From an uncultured Nitrososphaerales archaeon (GTDB lineage: Archaea > Thermoproteota > Nitrososphaeria > Nitrososphaerales > Nitrososphaeraceae), in assembly GCA_963709405.1 (NCBI GenBank), contig CAVPXM010000047.1, positions 32,001 through 96,000 on the forward strand: a DNA stretch of 64,000 nt, in the 5' to 3' direction. The position numbers and the translations under genes were made by a program. Position 1 is the first letter of the stretch. Each line of letters begins with the position of its first letter. Under the pieces are notes generated by a model. It had not been told where the DNA came from. It did not search any database and worked only from the letters and a program-made list of their open reading frames with translations. Below are positions 9,726 through 22,100 of this stretch, one piece after another.

Positions 9726-11267
9726 CTAAAGATTTATGTTCCCATGCTTCTTCGACGGTCTAGCTTCTTTTTTATTTGTAAGTGCCATCAAGGCAGCAAT
9801 TATCATGGGCCTCGTCTCCATTGGGTCTATTACCATATCTATGATGCCTTTCTCGGCAGCTATGTAGGGGTTAGCAAATTTGTCCCGAAATTCTCTTGCC
9901 AATTTTTTCTTCACGGATGCTACGTCCGCAGACTGTTTCAGATCCCTTCTATGTATAATCGTAATTGCCGCCTCCGGTCCTAGCACTGCTATTTCAGCGG
10001 TCGGCCATGCAAAGTTTACGTCGGTTCTCAAGTTTTTACTACCCATTGCTATGTATGCTCCTCCATATGCTTTACCTATAATACATGTAATTTTTGGGAC
10101 TGTTGCTTCACAATATGCGTATAGCAGCTTGCTCCCATGTCGAATGATTCCGTTATGCTCCTGATCCGCACCTGGCAGGTAGCCCGGAGTATCTACTAAG
10201 GTAACAAGTGGGATACTGTATGCATCACAAAATCTGATGAAACGCGCAGCCTTATTTGATGAATTTATATCTAGTGCTCCTGCCAAATACATTGGCTGAT
10301 TGGCGATTATTCCCACCGATCTTCCATTCAACCTAGCAAATCCAACAACAATATTTTCCGCGAAAAGCTCATGAACCTCAAGGAAATCCCCGCTATCAAC
10401 AATCGAGCTTATTAACTGCTTCATGTCGTACTGTTCGTAGGGATTTTCAGGTAGGATGGTTAATAAGTTTGTATCAATTCTATTAGGCTCATCTGTTGTT
10501 TCCACGATTGGCGCAGACTCTGAGTTATTTTGAGGAATATAGGACAATATTTTCTTTATCTTATCCATGCATTCATATTCATTCTTTACCACAAAGTGAG
10601 CAACACCAGATTTTGTCGCATGGGTTTTTGCACCACCTAATTCCTCAAATGATACTTCTTGGCTCAAAACCTCTTTGACCACCTCCGGCCCAGTTACAAA
10701 CATTTGTCCGATATTTTCAACCATTATAACAAAGTCTGTCATCGCAGGGGAATAAACTGCTCCTCCTGCACAGGGGCCTATACTTGCCGTAATCTGCGGA
10801 ATTACCCCAGATGCCATCGTATTCCTAAAAAAAATATCGCCATAACCATCCAATGCCACAACGCCCTCTTGTATTCTAGCTCCTCCTGAATCAATTATAC
10901 CTATTAGTGGAGCACCAGCTTTCATAGCATGATCCATTAACTTTGAAATTTTTCTACCGGCCATCTCGCCTAGAGAACCTCCAAGCACGGTAAAGTCATA
11001 AACGTAAACGAATACCTGACGGCCATGAATCTCTCCAAATCCTGTTACGACACCATCTCCGTAATATTTTGTGGTACCAGGATCATCACTACGATGTATA
11101 ACGTATTTGTCAAGTTCTAGAAAGCTTCCTTCGTCCAAAAGAAGGGCGATCCTTTCTCTTGCCGTTAGCTTGCCTTTTGAATGCTGGGATTCAATCTTCT
11201 CTTGGCCACCACCTTCCTCAGCTAATTTTTTCATTTGGTACAACCGCTTTAATTTATCTTCATGCAT
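9726..11267 (-). CDS. pccB: Carboxyltransferase subunit of acetyl/propionyl-CoA carboxylase
   Basis: GKLTARERI, DSGGARIQEG, GPCAGGAVYSPAMTD, GKAYGGAY, KKHGNINL. Confidence 0.95.
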   Translation of the reverse strand: MHEDKLKRLYQMKKLAEEGGGQEKIESQHSKGKLTARERIALLLDEGSFLELDKYVIHRSDDPGTTKYYGDGVVTGFGEIHGRQVFVYVYDFTVLGGSLGEMAGRKISKLMDHAMKAGAPLIGIIDSGGARIQEGVVALDGYGDIFFRNTMASGVIPQITASIGPCAGGAVYSPAMTDFVIMVENIGQMFVTGPEVVKEVLSQEVSFEELGGAKTHATKSGVAHFVVKNEYECMDKIKKILSYIPQNNSESAPIVETTDEPNRIDTNLLTILPENPYEQYDMKQLISSIVDSGDFLEVHELFAENIVVGFARLNGRSVGIIANQPMYLAGALDINSSNKAARFIRFCDAYSIPLVTLVDTPGYLPGADQEHNGIIRHGSKLLYAYCEATVPKITCIIGKAYGGAYIAMGSKNLRTDVNFAWPTAEIAVLGPEAAITIIHRRDLKQSADVASVKKKLAREFRDKFANPYIAAEKGIIDMVIDPMETRPMIIAALMALTNKKEARPSKKHGNINL

Positions 11268-11661
11268 GGCTGTCCATTTAATGCCAAGAGTTGGCTATAT
11301 AAATTAATTACGCATGAAATTATAGTAGTATGTATATATTTTGCGAATCAAGATTTTAGATTTTGAACTGGACTTCATCGTTTTGTATCTGAATCGTCTT
11401 ACAAATGTTTTGTGTCGCCAAGAAATTGCCTGTAGGATCTAAAAACTAGTATCAAAAAACGACCAGTTACACGTTTTAAGATCACTATATGGCTGTTACC
11501 ACATTAGGAAGATCCTAACTAAATTGTCTCAACTTCATAATTGCAGGCAATAGCTCGTCTTAGTGAGATTTAAAATTGCAAATATAAAGGCTTGGCGGAA
11601 ACAAGTGAATCCTACTCATTTGGTAAATACGATAACTAGTGCCTATCATTCAAATAGCTCG

Positions 11662-11874
11662 TTATTCTCGTAGACCAGTCCTTCCTCCCTTTGCTCTACG
11701 AAAGTAATTCATACCCAAGTTATAATTTTCAAACAACGATTGCGTTGTCTGTATACGGTTCGTAAGATCCTCAATCTCTAACTTATTTTTTTCTGGAGTT
11801 TTTTGCAATTCCTTCAATTTCTCCATCTCTTTTACCAATAATTCAGCTACGATGTACTCATATTCACTTGACAT
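11662..11874 (-). CDS. Small hypothetical coiled-coil protein (70 aa)
   Basis: ATG start with TTTAAT box about 25 nt upstream; helical charged sequence. Confidence 0.65.
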   Translation of the reverse strand: MSSEYEYIVAELLVKEMEKLKELQKTPEKNKLEIEDLTNRIQTTQSLFENYNLGMNYFRRAKGGRTGLRE

Positions 11875-12054
11875 GCGATGATGATACTTTAGGAAGATTA
11901 AATTTATTCTTTGCTAATCAGGTTTTCCCAGCTCCATTTTGATTCCTATCATTAACGACGGATATGCTGAAAATGCTTCTTCCGGTCGGTTTAGCCGCGC
12001 ATGCCGCAAATTTGCCAAATTGCAAAAATAGCACTCAGATAGGTCCTGATTAGA

Positions 12055-13186
12055 TCATTTTTTTAATAAGCTATCAAGATTTTTTTGTAAAAGCGGAAAA
12101 AGATCTCTTTTAACGATTTCATTATACCAGTATTGATTATAATGACTAATGGAAAGGAACAAAAATTCCAAAAATGGCCTTAGTTGGAAGTCATATGGTA
12201 ACATATCAAGTGCCATCGCAGCCTCATCTAAATAAATCTTGCACTTCCTTAGGGTTAACTCAAAACCCATATTTACGTTATCAGTGACAAGAGAGTAATA
12301 TAGTGGCCATGATGGGATCTTCACCGAGCCATTCTTTATCGCATCTTGAATCTCATTCCCGCATCCGACACACTCACTCGCCTTTGCCATACCTAGATGA
12401 TATACGTCCGCAAGAGGTCTTCGGTTGAGTGCCATGTTGCGCGCTCGCTGTACCCATAACTGCGCGGTATTTTTTGTAACATCCCATCATGTTTTCATCA
12501 GTAATAGAATCTGGTCTTCTCTTAAGTCGAGTATCGATATATTGTCCGATTCTAGCATCCTTGAAACCCTCTTCAAAAGCTCCCAATACAGAATCTCCTC
12601 CTTGCGATATCTTTTGCCTAGCTACTTCAAGGATGTAAGGATTCATAAGCTTATAATCATCCAAATATTCTAAATCCTCATCCTTGTCCACAATTCTGTC
12701 CATGGGTTCACTTAGATCAATTGCGATAATATGTCCATCGATAACAGAATTTCTAATATTTGGAGGCAGGCCTTCCTTAAAGTGATCCTCAGCACCATCA
12801 AATAATGCATTAAGAACTGGAAAAGTCATAATAACAAAGTTAGAGTTAAGGATTCTTTCAACTCTGTCTGCAAGGATTTCAGGTTTTGATATCCTTGCCA
12901 TTATGTCTGCTACTTTTTTTTCTTCCAAAACAAGCTCAGAAGATCCAATTTCATCTGTGAATTTTTTTAATGTGATGGCAGGATGGGAATCTGAAATAAT
13001 TTGTTGATGTAAAGACAGAAGAAATCTTTTGGTGAATTCTTGGAATTGTTCTTCGGTCTCTTGCTCATATTTCCTAAACTGTCTATATCCTTTCTCGCGT
13101 AATAATGCTTGCTTTATAATATCCTTACCAGCCCTTGTACTCATCAAGGTACTTTTTTTGAAGAGATAGCCATCCTTAGTATTCAT
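12055..13186 (-). CDS. Hypothetical all-alpha protein with divergent trans-isoprenyl diphosphate synthase-like motifs; split by +1 frameshift near 12446
   Basis: Two ORFs join as ...VMGTAARNMALNRR...; motifs DRIVDKD, IGQYID, EIQDAIKNG..PSWPLYYSL, EAAMALDMLP; function inferred only. Confidence 0.7.
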
Positions 13187-13329
13187 ATATATTGCTTTCA
13201 GTAGATTACCTCTTTATTTAACTTTCATATTCAATTTTTATCAAATTTATGAGAGGGTTATCCCCTTTCAGTAACTTCATCCACGGCAAATATTCATAAA
13301 ATTTACTAACGAAGTCTAATAATTCCATC

Positions 13330-13938
13330 TCATCGTGAGGACATAGCAATTCGTTCTTGTTCATTCTTCTTCTTGATAGCATGGCTTGCCATATCACTAT
13401 TTGAGGCCAAAATAAGTTCTTTTGAAAGTGCTTCTTCGATTGTTTGTGGGTTGGTGTACGTAGATTCTTTCACTCCTTCTGCAATGAACCGTAATGCAAG
13501 ATCTATTCTTCTAAGAGGAGCAACATCTACTGATACATGATATACAACCCCACCATAGACGATCCTAGTGGTGTCCTCATTCGGGGAAGCGTTCTCAACT
13601 GCTTTAACTAGAATGTCGACTGGATTTTTGCCAGTTTCCAAATGGATAATATCCAATGCAGTTTTGACCACGTTGAGAGATTTGGCTTTTTTTCCTCCCA
13701 TTCTGCCAGTATTCTTGGCATACTTTTTACCAAAATGCATCATCTTATTTGCTAACCTTTCGACTATGTGGATTTCAGCCTTTTTCAGTCTTTGATGTTC
13801 ATGTCTACCGAACGTTATTGGAATCACTACTGTTGGCTGCAAAGAAATAACTTTGCGAAGACCTAAGTCATTTATTTCGATTTTTTTAGTATCCCATTTG
13901 TTAAATAGAAGAATGTTTACTTGTTCTTTACCACTCAT
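13330..13938 (-). CDS. rps7: 30S ribosomal protein uS7
   Basis: LFNKWD, IVERLAN, PNEDTTRI, SVDVAPLRR, ERIAMSSR. Confidence 0.97.
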   Translation of the reverse strand: MSGKEQVNILLFNKWDTKKIEINDLGLRKVISLQPTVVIPITFGRHEHQRLKKAEIHIVERLANKMMHFGKKYAKNTGRMGGKKAKSLNVVKTALDIIHLETGKNPVDILVKAVENASPNEDTTRIVYGGVVYHVSVDVAPLRRIDLALRFIAEGVKESTYTNPQTIEEALSKELILASNSDMASHAIKKKNEQERIAMSSR

Positions 13939-13944
13939 ACCATT

Positions 13945-14382
13945 TTATCTCCTAGGCTTCTCTTTCTTGCCATATACAAGCTCATTCAATGAGACACCAT
14001 TCACCTTAAAGACTTGCCATCTGACCCCCGGTATATCACCCATAGCTCCGCCCATTGAACCCCCAATGCCTTCCAATATTACCTCATCGTGTTCATCAAC
14101 AAAATTCAAGGCCCCATCACGAGGTAGAAATGCAGTTATAGATTTGCCATTCTTGATGAGTTGAACTCGAACACACTTCCTTACTGCCGAGTTGGGCTGC
14201 TTTGATTCAATACCTACCTTCTCTAGCACAATACCTCTAGCTTGCGGTGCACCTTCCAGCGGATTTGCCTTTTTATCGAGCATTAGCATCCGTCGCTTGT
14301 AATACTTATTTGCCCATCTGGCCCGATTTCTCTTGGAGCGTAGAACACGGCCAGCAAACAATCCTAATGGAGATTTAGACAT
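13945..14382 (-). CDS. rps12: 30S ribosomal protein uS12
   Basis: [30 protein letters not shown]. Confidence 0.98.
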   Translation of the reverse strand: MSKSPLGLFAGRVLRSKRNRARWANKYYKRRMLMLDKKANPLEGAPQARGIVLEKVGIESKQPNSAVRKCVRVQLIKNGKSITAFLPRDGALNFVDEHDEVILEGIGGSMGGAMGDIPGVRWQVFKVNGVSLNELVYGKKEKPRR

Positions 14383-14862
14383 TCATACATACACCTCATT
14401 ACTATCATTTTGAGTTTCGTCAGAACTGATAATAAAAACGTTAGATATCTGGAAATAACGTCTTGCTAAGAGTCTTGCTTTCTCTGCGTTTCTACCTTCT
14501 CTACCAACCACTATTCCTTTCTTTTTTGCATCTACGACCACAATAGCTTGCTTTGTTCCGTCTGTTCGTTCATCGATCCGTATTTCCTTTATCATATCAC
14601 TATTCAATACATTACCGATGAATTCTGAAGCATCATCTGAATATTCTACTAGTTCGACTTTCCTAGCGACAACATTTTGTAGTTGTTTAATTGTAGCTCC
14701 ACCCTTTCCAATAGCAAGCCCCATCTGGTTCTTACTAATAATAAAAATTACGCGATCCATTTTGTCATCTACAACGCAGTCTCTAGCCGTGACGCTAGTA
14801 ACGCTCTGAAACAGTGACATTAGTCGCAATTCATTAGAAGTAAGCTTGATTTTTTCGGTCAT
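14383..14862 (-). CDS. nusA: Archaeal NusA (KH domains)
   Basis: GLAIGKGG and GIVVGREGRN KH motifs; conserved rpl30e-nusA-rps12 order. Confidence 0.94.
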   Translation of the reverse strand: MTEKIKLTSNELRLMSLFQSVTSVTARDCVVDDKMDRVIFIISKNQMGLAIGKGGATIKQLQNVVARKVELVEYSDDASEFIGNVLNSDMIKEIRIDERTDGTKQAIVVVDAKKKGIVVGREGRNAEKARLLARRYFQISNVFIISSDETQNDSNEVYV

Positions 14863-14992
14863 TCCTCATGCCTCACAACAATATATTCTACGTATTAACA
14901 TCGATTAGCAATTCTTGCTGAATATTAAAGTCCAATTTAAGTCTTCATACTGAGATAGGTTCATAACAAATCAATTCAAGAGAAATATCGAT

Positions 14993-15343
14993 TTAATGAC
15001 GAGTAGCCTTTCCGCCAGCTTGACCTAGCGACTTCTGATTCTGCTGAGCAGAAAGTATCATGCTAATATCTTCCTCAGTTCCAGTCTTTAGTGCAATTAT
15101 ACTGACCCGAAAGGGCTTATTGCATAGCTTTCCTAGCTGTACAGAATTACCTTCATAATAGTAAATTGGGACCATAGAATCCCTCGATTTTGCTTCGATT
15201 TCTGATCTAGCTAACAATGGGACAGATTTTGAAAGTATGAGCAATTTTGAACCCTTGACCGATGGTAAAACCTCCTTTAAACCACATTTGTACTTACCAG
15301 GAGTCACTAAATCCTTGATTACCTTATTGAGTACTTTCACCAA
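14993..15343 (-). CDS. rpl30e: 50S ribosomal protein eL30
   Basis: GNSVQLGKLCNKPFRVSII motif; position between rpoA and nusA. Confidence 0.88.
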   Translation of the reverse strand: MVKVLNKVIKDLVTPGKYKCGLKEVLPSVKGSKLLILSKSVPLLARSEIEAKSRDSMVPIYYYEGNSVQLGKLCNKPFRVSIIALKTGTEEDISMILSAQQNQKSLGQAGGKATRH

Positions 15344-18300
15344 TGTCCTCTTCCACCTTCATATAAAGCTCCACCATACCTGTTCCAACGGGTACGGTTG
15401 CACCAACAATAACATTTTCCGTTACTCCTCTCAAACTCTCAACTTGGCCCTCTAATGAAGCTTTTGCAATGGTTGGTACTGTGATTTCGAAGGCCGCTCT
15501 GGCAAGGACAGAAGTTTTTGTACCAGCAATGCCATGTCGACCTATCTGTTGCAAATAGCCTTTGGATGTCATTAGATCAGCTACAAGCATGATGTGCCTC
15601 ATGTCAACCTCAAGTCCTTGTTCCTCTAAAGTGTTAGTAATCTCCTTGACTAGTGCGGTTCTCGCTGCCTCTATTCCCAATGTCTGCCATATCTCGTATA
15701 CATTGTTAGTAGTAGATCTGGAGGTATCTATTCCATCAATTGCTACTACTTTGGCAAGATTAGATCCAGCTGTTTGAATAACCCATTCATCATCTTGCTT
15801 TACAATAGTAACTCGTTCAATGTCAGGTACACCTTTAACTCTGTTGTTGGAAAGCTTGTTTCTTAGTGTTAATAGAGTTTGTGCATCAGGTTCTCCCGGA
15901 ACTGTGACCTTGATTGTGTTTTCCTTCTCGTTCATCGAGATCTCATATTTCTTCTTAGATCCTTTCAATACTTCATATATTTCCTGTATTGTACATCCAC
16001 GCTCTGTAAGTTTAGTCTCAGAAACGCAAAAAGTAAGGGTCCCACCATAGTCTGTGTCTATTTTTTCTACTAAATCGCTAACTCTAGTAAATATTATCTC
16101 CCTCGCCACTTCCAATGCTTTTTCTCTGGATATTCTATGTTCTTTATCAAGATAGATATCCATAGTAGGTGTTACCGGCTTCTTCCTGGCATCTACTAGT
16201 TCTATTAGCCTAGGGAGACCCAACGTAACGTTTCGCTCCTTAACTCCAGCAAAATGAAAAGTTCTGAGAGTCATCTGTGTACCTGGTTCTCCGATGGACT
16301 GCGCTGTAACTACTCCAACAGCCTCCCCAGGTTCTGCTCTGGCCTTTTCCATTAGATCAAGTGTTTTCTTTAGAACCCTTTCTATGCCTTCCAGACTAAG
16401 CGGATTTTCACTAAATGTAGTTTCAAAATTCCTCTTCAATCTATCATTCAGATCCTTTCCAAATCTTTTCAATATACTCTCAATCTCAGATTGTGCAGCC
16501 TTTTTCCCTGTATCTACGATTGACTCACTTTCTATCAACCTTAAAATATTTACAGCTTCCCCATGATCGCTTTTCGCCGGATCTATTCCGTCTTCTCCAT
16601 ATAGGTACTGAATTATATTCCCATGTGGATCACGAACAGTGTGATCGTATTCTATCTTAAGATGTTCAAGTGCGTTAATCAATCTTCTTTGCATATACCC
16701 GGACTGTTGGGTTCTAACTGCCGTATCGACTAGACCTTCCCTTCCGCCCATTGCATGAAAGAAGAACTCCAATGGACTGAGACCATCTCTATAGTTTGAT
16801 TTAACGAACCCTCGCGAAGCAGGATTAGTATCATTCGTAGTAAAGTGTGGAAGAGATCTATTGTGATAGCCCTTGTTTATTCGCTTTCCTCTAATGGACT
16901 GTTGTCCCAACGCCGCAGTCATTTGTCCAATGTTAAGAGTTGATCCTCGTGCTCCGGTGGAAGCCATAATAACACCAGAATTATTATCCGGGAACGCTCT
17001 GTCGGCAGTTTTTCCAGCCCTATCTCTTGCTCTTGACAACTCATTTACCACATACAACTCGAGAGCCTCTTCAGGGGAGAGGCCTCTAGTAAGAGGTAAA
17101 CTCCCCTGCTCATACTGTAGGATCAATTCATGAACGTTATCGTATGCTTTTTGAACAACATCGTTAATCTCTTGTCTTGTTTTTTCACTCAACCATAAAT
17201 CGGAGTAGCCGTATGTAAAGCCTCTATGAGTAATGTAAGTCTTGAGCATGATTAGTATAGAATCAAGAAATTTTCGGGCTGCATCATTTCCATAATCCTT
17301 CGCTATTCTATGAAGCACACTGTCGGGCTCCTCTGCTCCTATCGAAGCCTTATCTATTACTCCGCTAACAAGTTCTCCATTTCTGATTACCACATCTTTC
17401 CCTTCACCTTTTGCGGCCTTATTCCATTTTGAGGTGATTATAAAGTTGAAGTCACGCGGAAAGAATAATGAAAAAAGCTGCTTGCCGGTGTAAAACTTTT
17501 CGCCTACACTATTAATCTTGAATTCTGGCAGAGTACCTTTGTACCCACCTATCAAAGCCATGTTTGCAAATTCTTCCCTGGTAAGGATCGTTTGATCAGA
17601 CGTAAGGAGGAATGCTCCTGTAATAAAATCTCTTATCCCACCAATAATTGGCCCGCCATACCTTGGAGAGATGAGCTGATCCTGAACTCGCATAAGTAAC
17701 GCTGCCTCTGCTCTGGCTTCCTCACTTTGAGGCACGTGTAAATTCATTTCATCTCCATCAAAATCCGCATTGTAAGGAGGACATACTGCAGGATGTAATC
17801 GAAATGTCCTATAGGGCAAGACTCTGACATAATGGGCCATAATGGACATCCTATGCAAGGAGGGCTGCCTGTTAAAAATAACTATATCCCCATCTGACAA
17901 ATGTCTTTCAACAAGATAGTTACTAGAAAGAGAATCAGCTATCGCTTTCCGATCGCTAACATAGTCGAGCCGAATCTTTACTCCATCTGGCCTTATAATA
18001 TAATTAGCACCAGGATATATATTTGGTCCATTAATGACCAATTTCTTTAATCTCTCAAGATTCCATTGCGACACAGTCTCTGGTATAGTCAACTTTTTTG
18101 CGACGTCCACAGGTACGCCTACATTCGAAATTGCGAGATTTGGATCTGGAGAAATTACTGTTCGGCTTGAGAAGTCTACCCTTTTTCCTGAAAGCGAACC
18201 ACGGAAACGTCCTTCCTTCCCCTTTAGTCTTTGAGTCAGAGTTTTCAAAGGTCGTCCTGATCTATGATGGGCCTGAGGAATTCCTGATACTTCATTGTCA

Positions 18301-19140
18301 AAATAAGTAGTTACATGATACTGTAATAAATCGACCAAATCCTGCACTATTAGCGGAGGAGTACCTGCCTCCTTGCTTTCTTTGAGCCGTTGATTAACCC
18401 TTATAATATCAACAAGCTTATGTGTCAAATCATCTTCTGATCTGATCCCAGTTTCCAGTATTATGGATGGTCTAACAGTCACAGGTGGTACCGGCAGAAC
18501 TTGTAGTACAAACCATTCTGGTCTTGCCGTCTTGGGATCATATCCAAGAAGTATCAAATCTTCATCGGGGATATGCACCAGTCTCTCTCTAATTGTAATA
18601 GGCAACAGTCTGTTTTCACCTGCATCTGTCTTTTCCACGAAAATTGTTGGTTTAGTAAATACTAAATCATACTGTTCTATCTGACAGTGGGGACATACCT
18701 TGACTTTCTTTGCCTTATCAATTATCTCATCTTTAACATTCTCTAACGTAATCACTGCATATGCAGACTTTACTGTCTCGCAAAGCTTTATATTTTGACA
18801 ACTCTTCTGTCGTTAGTTTTATACGATTGCAGGATCTACATGTTATTATAAGCAGCTTATGAATATCGTCAACAAAAGCAATATGTAAAACGGGCTCGGC
18901 TAACTCTATATGTCCGAAGTGACCAGGACACTTCGAAGAAGTATTGCCGCAAGTCGCACACTTCTGCCCAGGCTCCAACGTTCCGAGACGATTGTCCATT
19001 AATCCGCCTTGAACAGGCATTCCGTCCTCATCATATGTCTCAGGGGCTGTAATTTCTGCAACACTATATTTCCGAACTTCAACTGGCGACCATACACTAA
19101 ACCGTATGCCTCCGAGGATTTTCGGAGATTCTTCCATCAT
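15324..19140 (-). CDS. rpoA: DNA-directed RNA polymerase subunit A (single-chain A'+A''), split by +1 frameshift near 18767
   Basis: CPGHFGHIELA zinc site, YNADFDGDEMN active site, AQSIGEPGTQMTL, LARAAFE; N-terminal 135-aa ORF joins the main ORF. Confidence 0.97.
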
Positions 19141-19164
19141 TTTAGTAGCTCCCCCTATTGAGTC

Positions 19165-22100
19165 TCATACCTTCTCCCTCGCTATCAATCGTGGTGCTAC
19201 GTTCAGGCTCATCATCTCCTGCAGTAGTAATTTAAAGGCATATGCGATGATTACAGAAGAGATTTTTCCCTTCTCCCCATCAACTCTACATACGTATCTG
19301 CGTTGCTTTACGTCAAAATATGCCAAAAGTCCGCACCGTTCGCAAATATTCACTTCAGCCTTATCAGACTCTTCAAGCAATCGGTCCTTCAACATCATCG
19401 ATGCACCGTATGCAATGAGACAATCCCTTTCCATTTCTCCGAATCTAAGCCCACCGCCGCGTGCTCTTCCTTCAGTAGGCTGTTTTGTGAGCATTTGAAC
19501 TTGTCCTCTGGCTCTACTGTGAATTTTATCTGCAACCATATGATGTAGCTTTTGATAATATACCACTCCGATGTAAACATCTGCGGGAAACCTCTTGCCG
19601 GTTCTTCCATCATACATTATTTCTTTCCCGCTATAATCAAAGCCATACTGTGCCATAACATCCTTAATATCGTCCAATTTTTCACCCAAGAAAGCAGATC
19701 CGTCAACGATTTTGCCTCTCAAAGATGCGGCCTTTCCCCCCAGTGATTCCATAAATTGTCCTACAGTCATTCTCGAAGGAAACGCATGAGGATTTATCAT
19801 GATATCTGGCACAACACCCTCTGCTGTGTAGGGAAGATCTTCTTGACTCACGAGCATTCCTACGACTCCTTTTTGTCCATGCCTTGAAGCAAATTTGTCT
19901 CCTATTTCTGGTATTCTCATGTCACGCACTCTTATTTTGAACATTTTCCCACCTTCAACGGATTGAGTCATAATTACTGTATCGACAACGCCGTTTTCTG
20001 ATGGTCGAACACCAACTGAAGTATCTCTTCTGTAGGGGCCTTTCACTTCAAATTCCTTATACTCTTCCATAAACCTTGGAGGAGATGTTCTGCCTATGAG
20101 TATGTCTCCTCCACTCACAACAGCTTCGTGCATAATCGCACCGTCCTGTTCCAATAATCGATAAGCTTTCTCACCCCTATAGCCTCTAATATTTGCGTCG
20201 GACAACGGGAGTTCGAAGTTATCCTTCATCCCACCAGGATATTGCTTTGCTTCCGCTTCATATACCCGATAAAAAAATGTCCTGCCTAGGCCTCGGTCCA
20301 CTGAAGACTTGTTAAATACGATAGCATCTTCGATATTGTAGCCTTCAAATGGTAGGACTGCAACTATCGCATTTTGTCCTGTGGGCCGCTCATCCAATCC
20401 TAGCAAATTTATTGCTTTTGTATTAACCACCGGAATTTGAGGATATAACATAAAATGCTGTCTAACATAGGTACTCGCATTCATCAGAGGCGTAGAAAAT
20501 CCGAGGCTCTGCTTCGCCATTGCACTTTCGTAGGTGTTTCTTGGTGATTGATTATGTTCTGGATATGGTATGATAGAAGCTCCCACGCCCAGAATCGCAG
20601 ATGGGAATATTTCTACGTGAGTGTGAGCATTATCCATTTTCGACGCATCGATTGCAATATAGCAATTTTCTTCCTCATTGGCATCCACTAGTTCTATAAT
20701 TCCCATATACAGGAGATCAGACCAAGATAGAAATTTCTTAGTGACCTTGTCAATTATCTCATTAGTCATAAGTGGCTTACCTTCCTTGACAACGGCCAGG
20801 GGTCTCAAGACTCTTCCAGCATTGCAGCTGATATACATCCGTTTAGTTGCATTTTCGTTAAAGGTGGAGTAGAAATAAATACCGACGTGTGGATAAATTT
20901 TGCCTGCTCTCCTCATCGTTCTTAAAGTATGTGCCAAATGTTCACCATCCTCCGCGTAGCCTATCAGTTGACCATCAACAAAAATTCTAGTGCCAATTTT
21001 CTTGAGAGGCTCCTTAGCCTCATCAATATGTTCTACTCCAAGCTCAAATAGCTTCTCGACAATTTCCGCTGGTGGAGCGCTGACAGATATAATTGCAGAT
21101 AGAGCCAAATTCTTAACTAGACCACAATTTGAACCCTCTGGTGTCTCAGCTGGACAAATTCTACCAAAATGAGTAGCATGCAAGTCCCGTGCTTCAAAAT
21201 TGGGTTGACTTCTGCTCAATGGAGACTGAATTCTACGCAAATGACTTATCGTTGACATATAGTTTGTTCGATCAAGCAGCTGTGTGACACCGACTCGCCC
21301 TCTTCCCCAATTGCCAGTTGCGATAGCATTATTTAGTTTGTCAGAGATTATTCCTGGTCTAACCGCGGCCGCGACAGCGTTAATTCCACGTTTCTGACCG
21401 GATCTCTCGAGTTGATATTTCATGTCTCTTATCAAATTTCTAAATGCGGTTCGAAATAAATCCGCTAACATTTGGCCTGCAAATTTTATCACTTTATTGC
21501 CGTAGTGATCCTTGTCGTCTGAATCTATCCAACCCATTTTTAATTCAATCAACTTACTCGCAGCCTCCCCAAGGAAAAGCGCTTTTTCATGCCGATTATC
21601 CGGATTTTTGCCGAGATGTGGGAGTAAACCCCAATCAAGAAGAGTCTCCGCTCTTTTTATCTGGAACTCTTCAAGCATTCCAGGAGCAATCCTCTTACTT
21701 ATGTATATTATGGCATCTTGGCTCGTGATAACGTCACCCGCCTTCTCGAAGGAAGGTTCTAACTCATCTTGAATGATTCCGTTTAAAGATACTGCATTTG
21801 CAATGTCCTTATCTGATTCGAGTCCTAATGCCCTAATCAGCGTGACTAGCGGTATATCCACAGGAGAACCAGGAATTTTAGCAACAACAGAGCCGTCAGG
21901 CCTCATGATCAATTCTAGCTTAGCTCTATAGCCAACTATTGAGGAATAGACCTTTGCCTTGTAGAGCAGTGTTCCAGTTGTTTCTTCCGCATCAACTATT
22001 ATCTTATTGTACGAAAGATCTTCTAGCCCAACTATTACGCGCTCGGAGCCATTGATCACAAAATAACCCCCAGGATCTTTAGAATCCTCGCCCATTTCTA

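Noticed and set aside
11876-11960. Possible C/D box guide RNA (ATGATGA; CCCAGCTC complementary to a 23S rRNA motif)
   Set aside because: Box spacing does not fit, the region overlaps the promoter of the 70-aa gene, and the match is only 8 nt.
18733-19140. Novel split of RpoA after residue 130
   Set aside because: Not at the A'/A'' boundary; deleting one base near 18767 restores a continuous frame.
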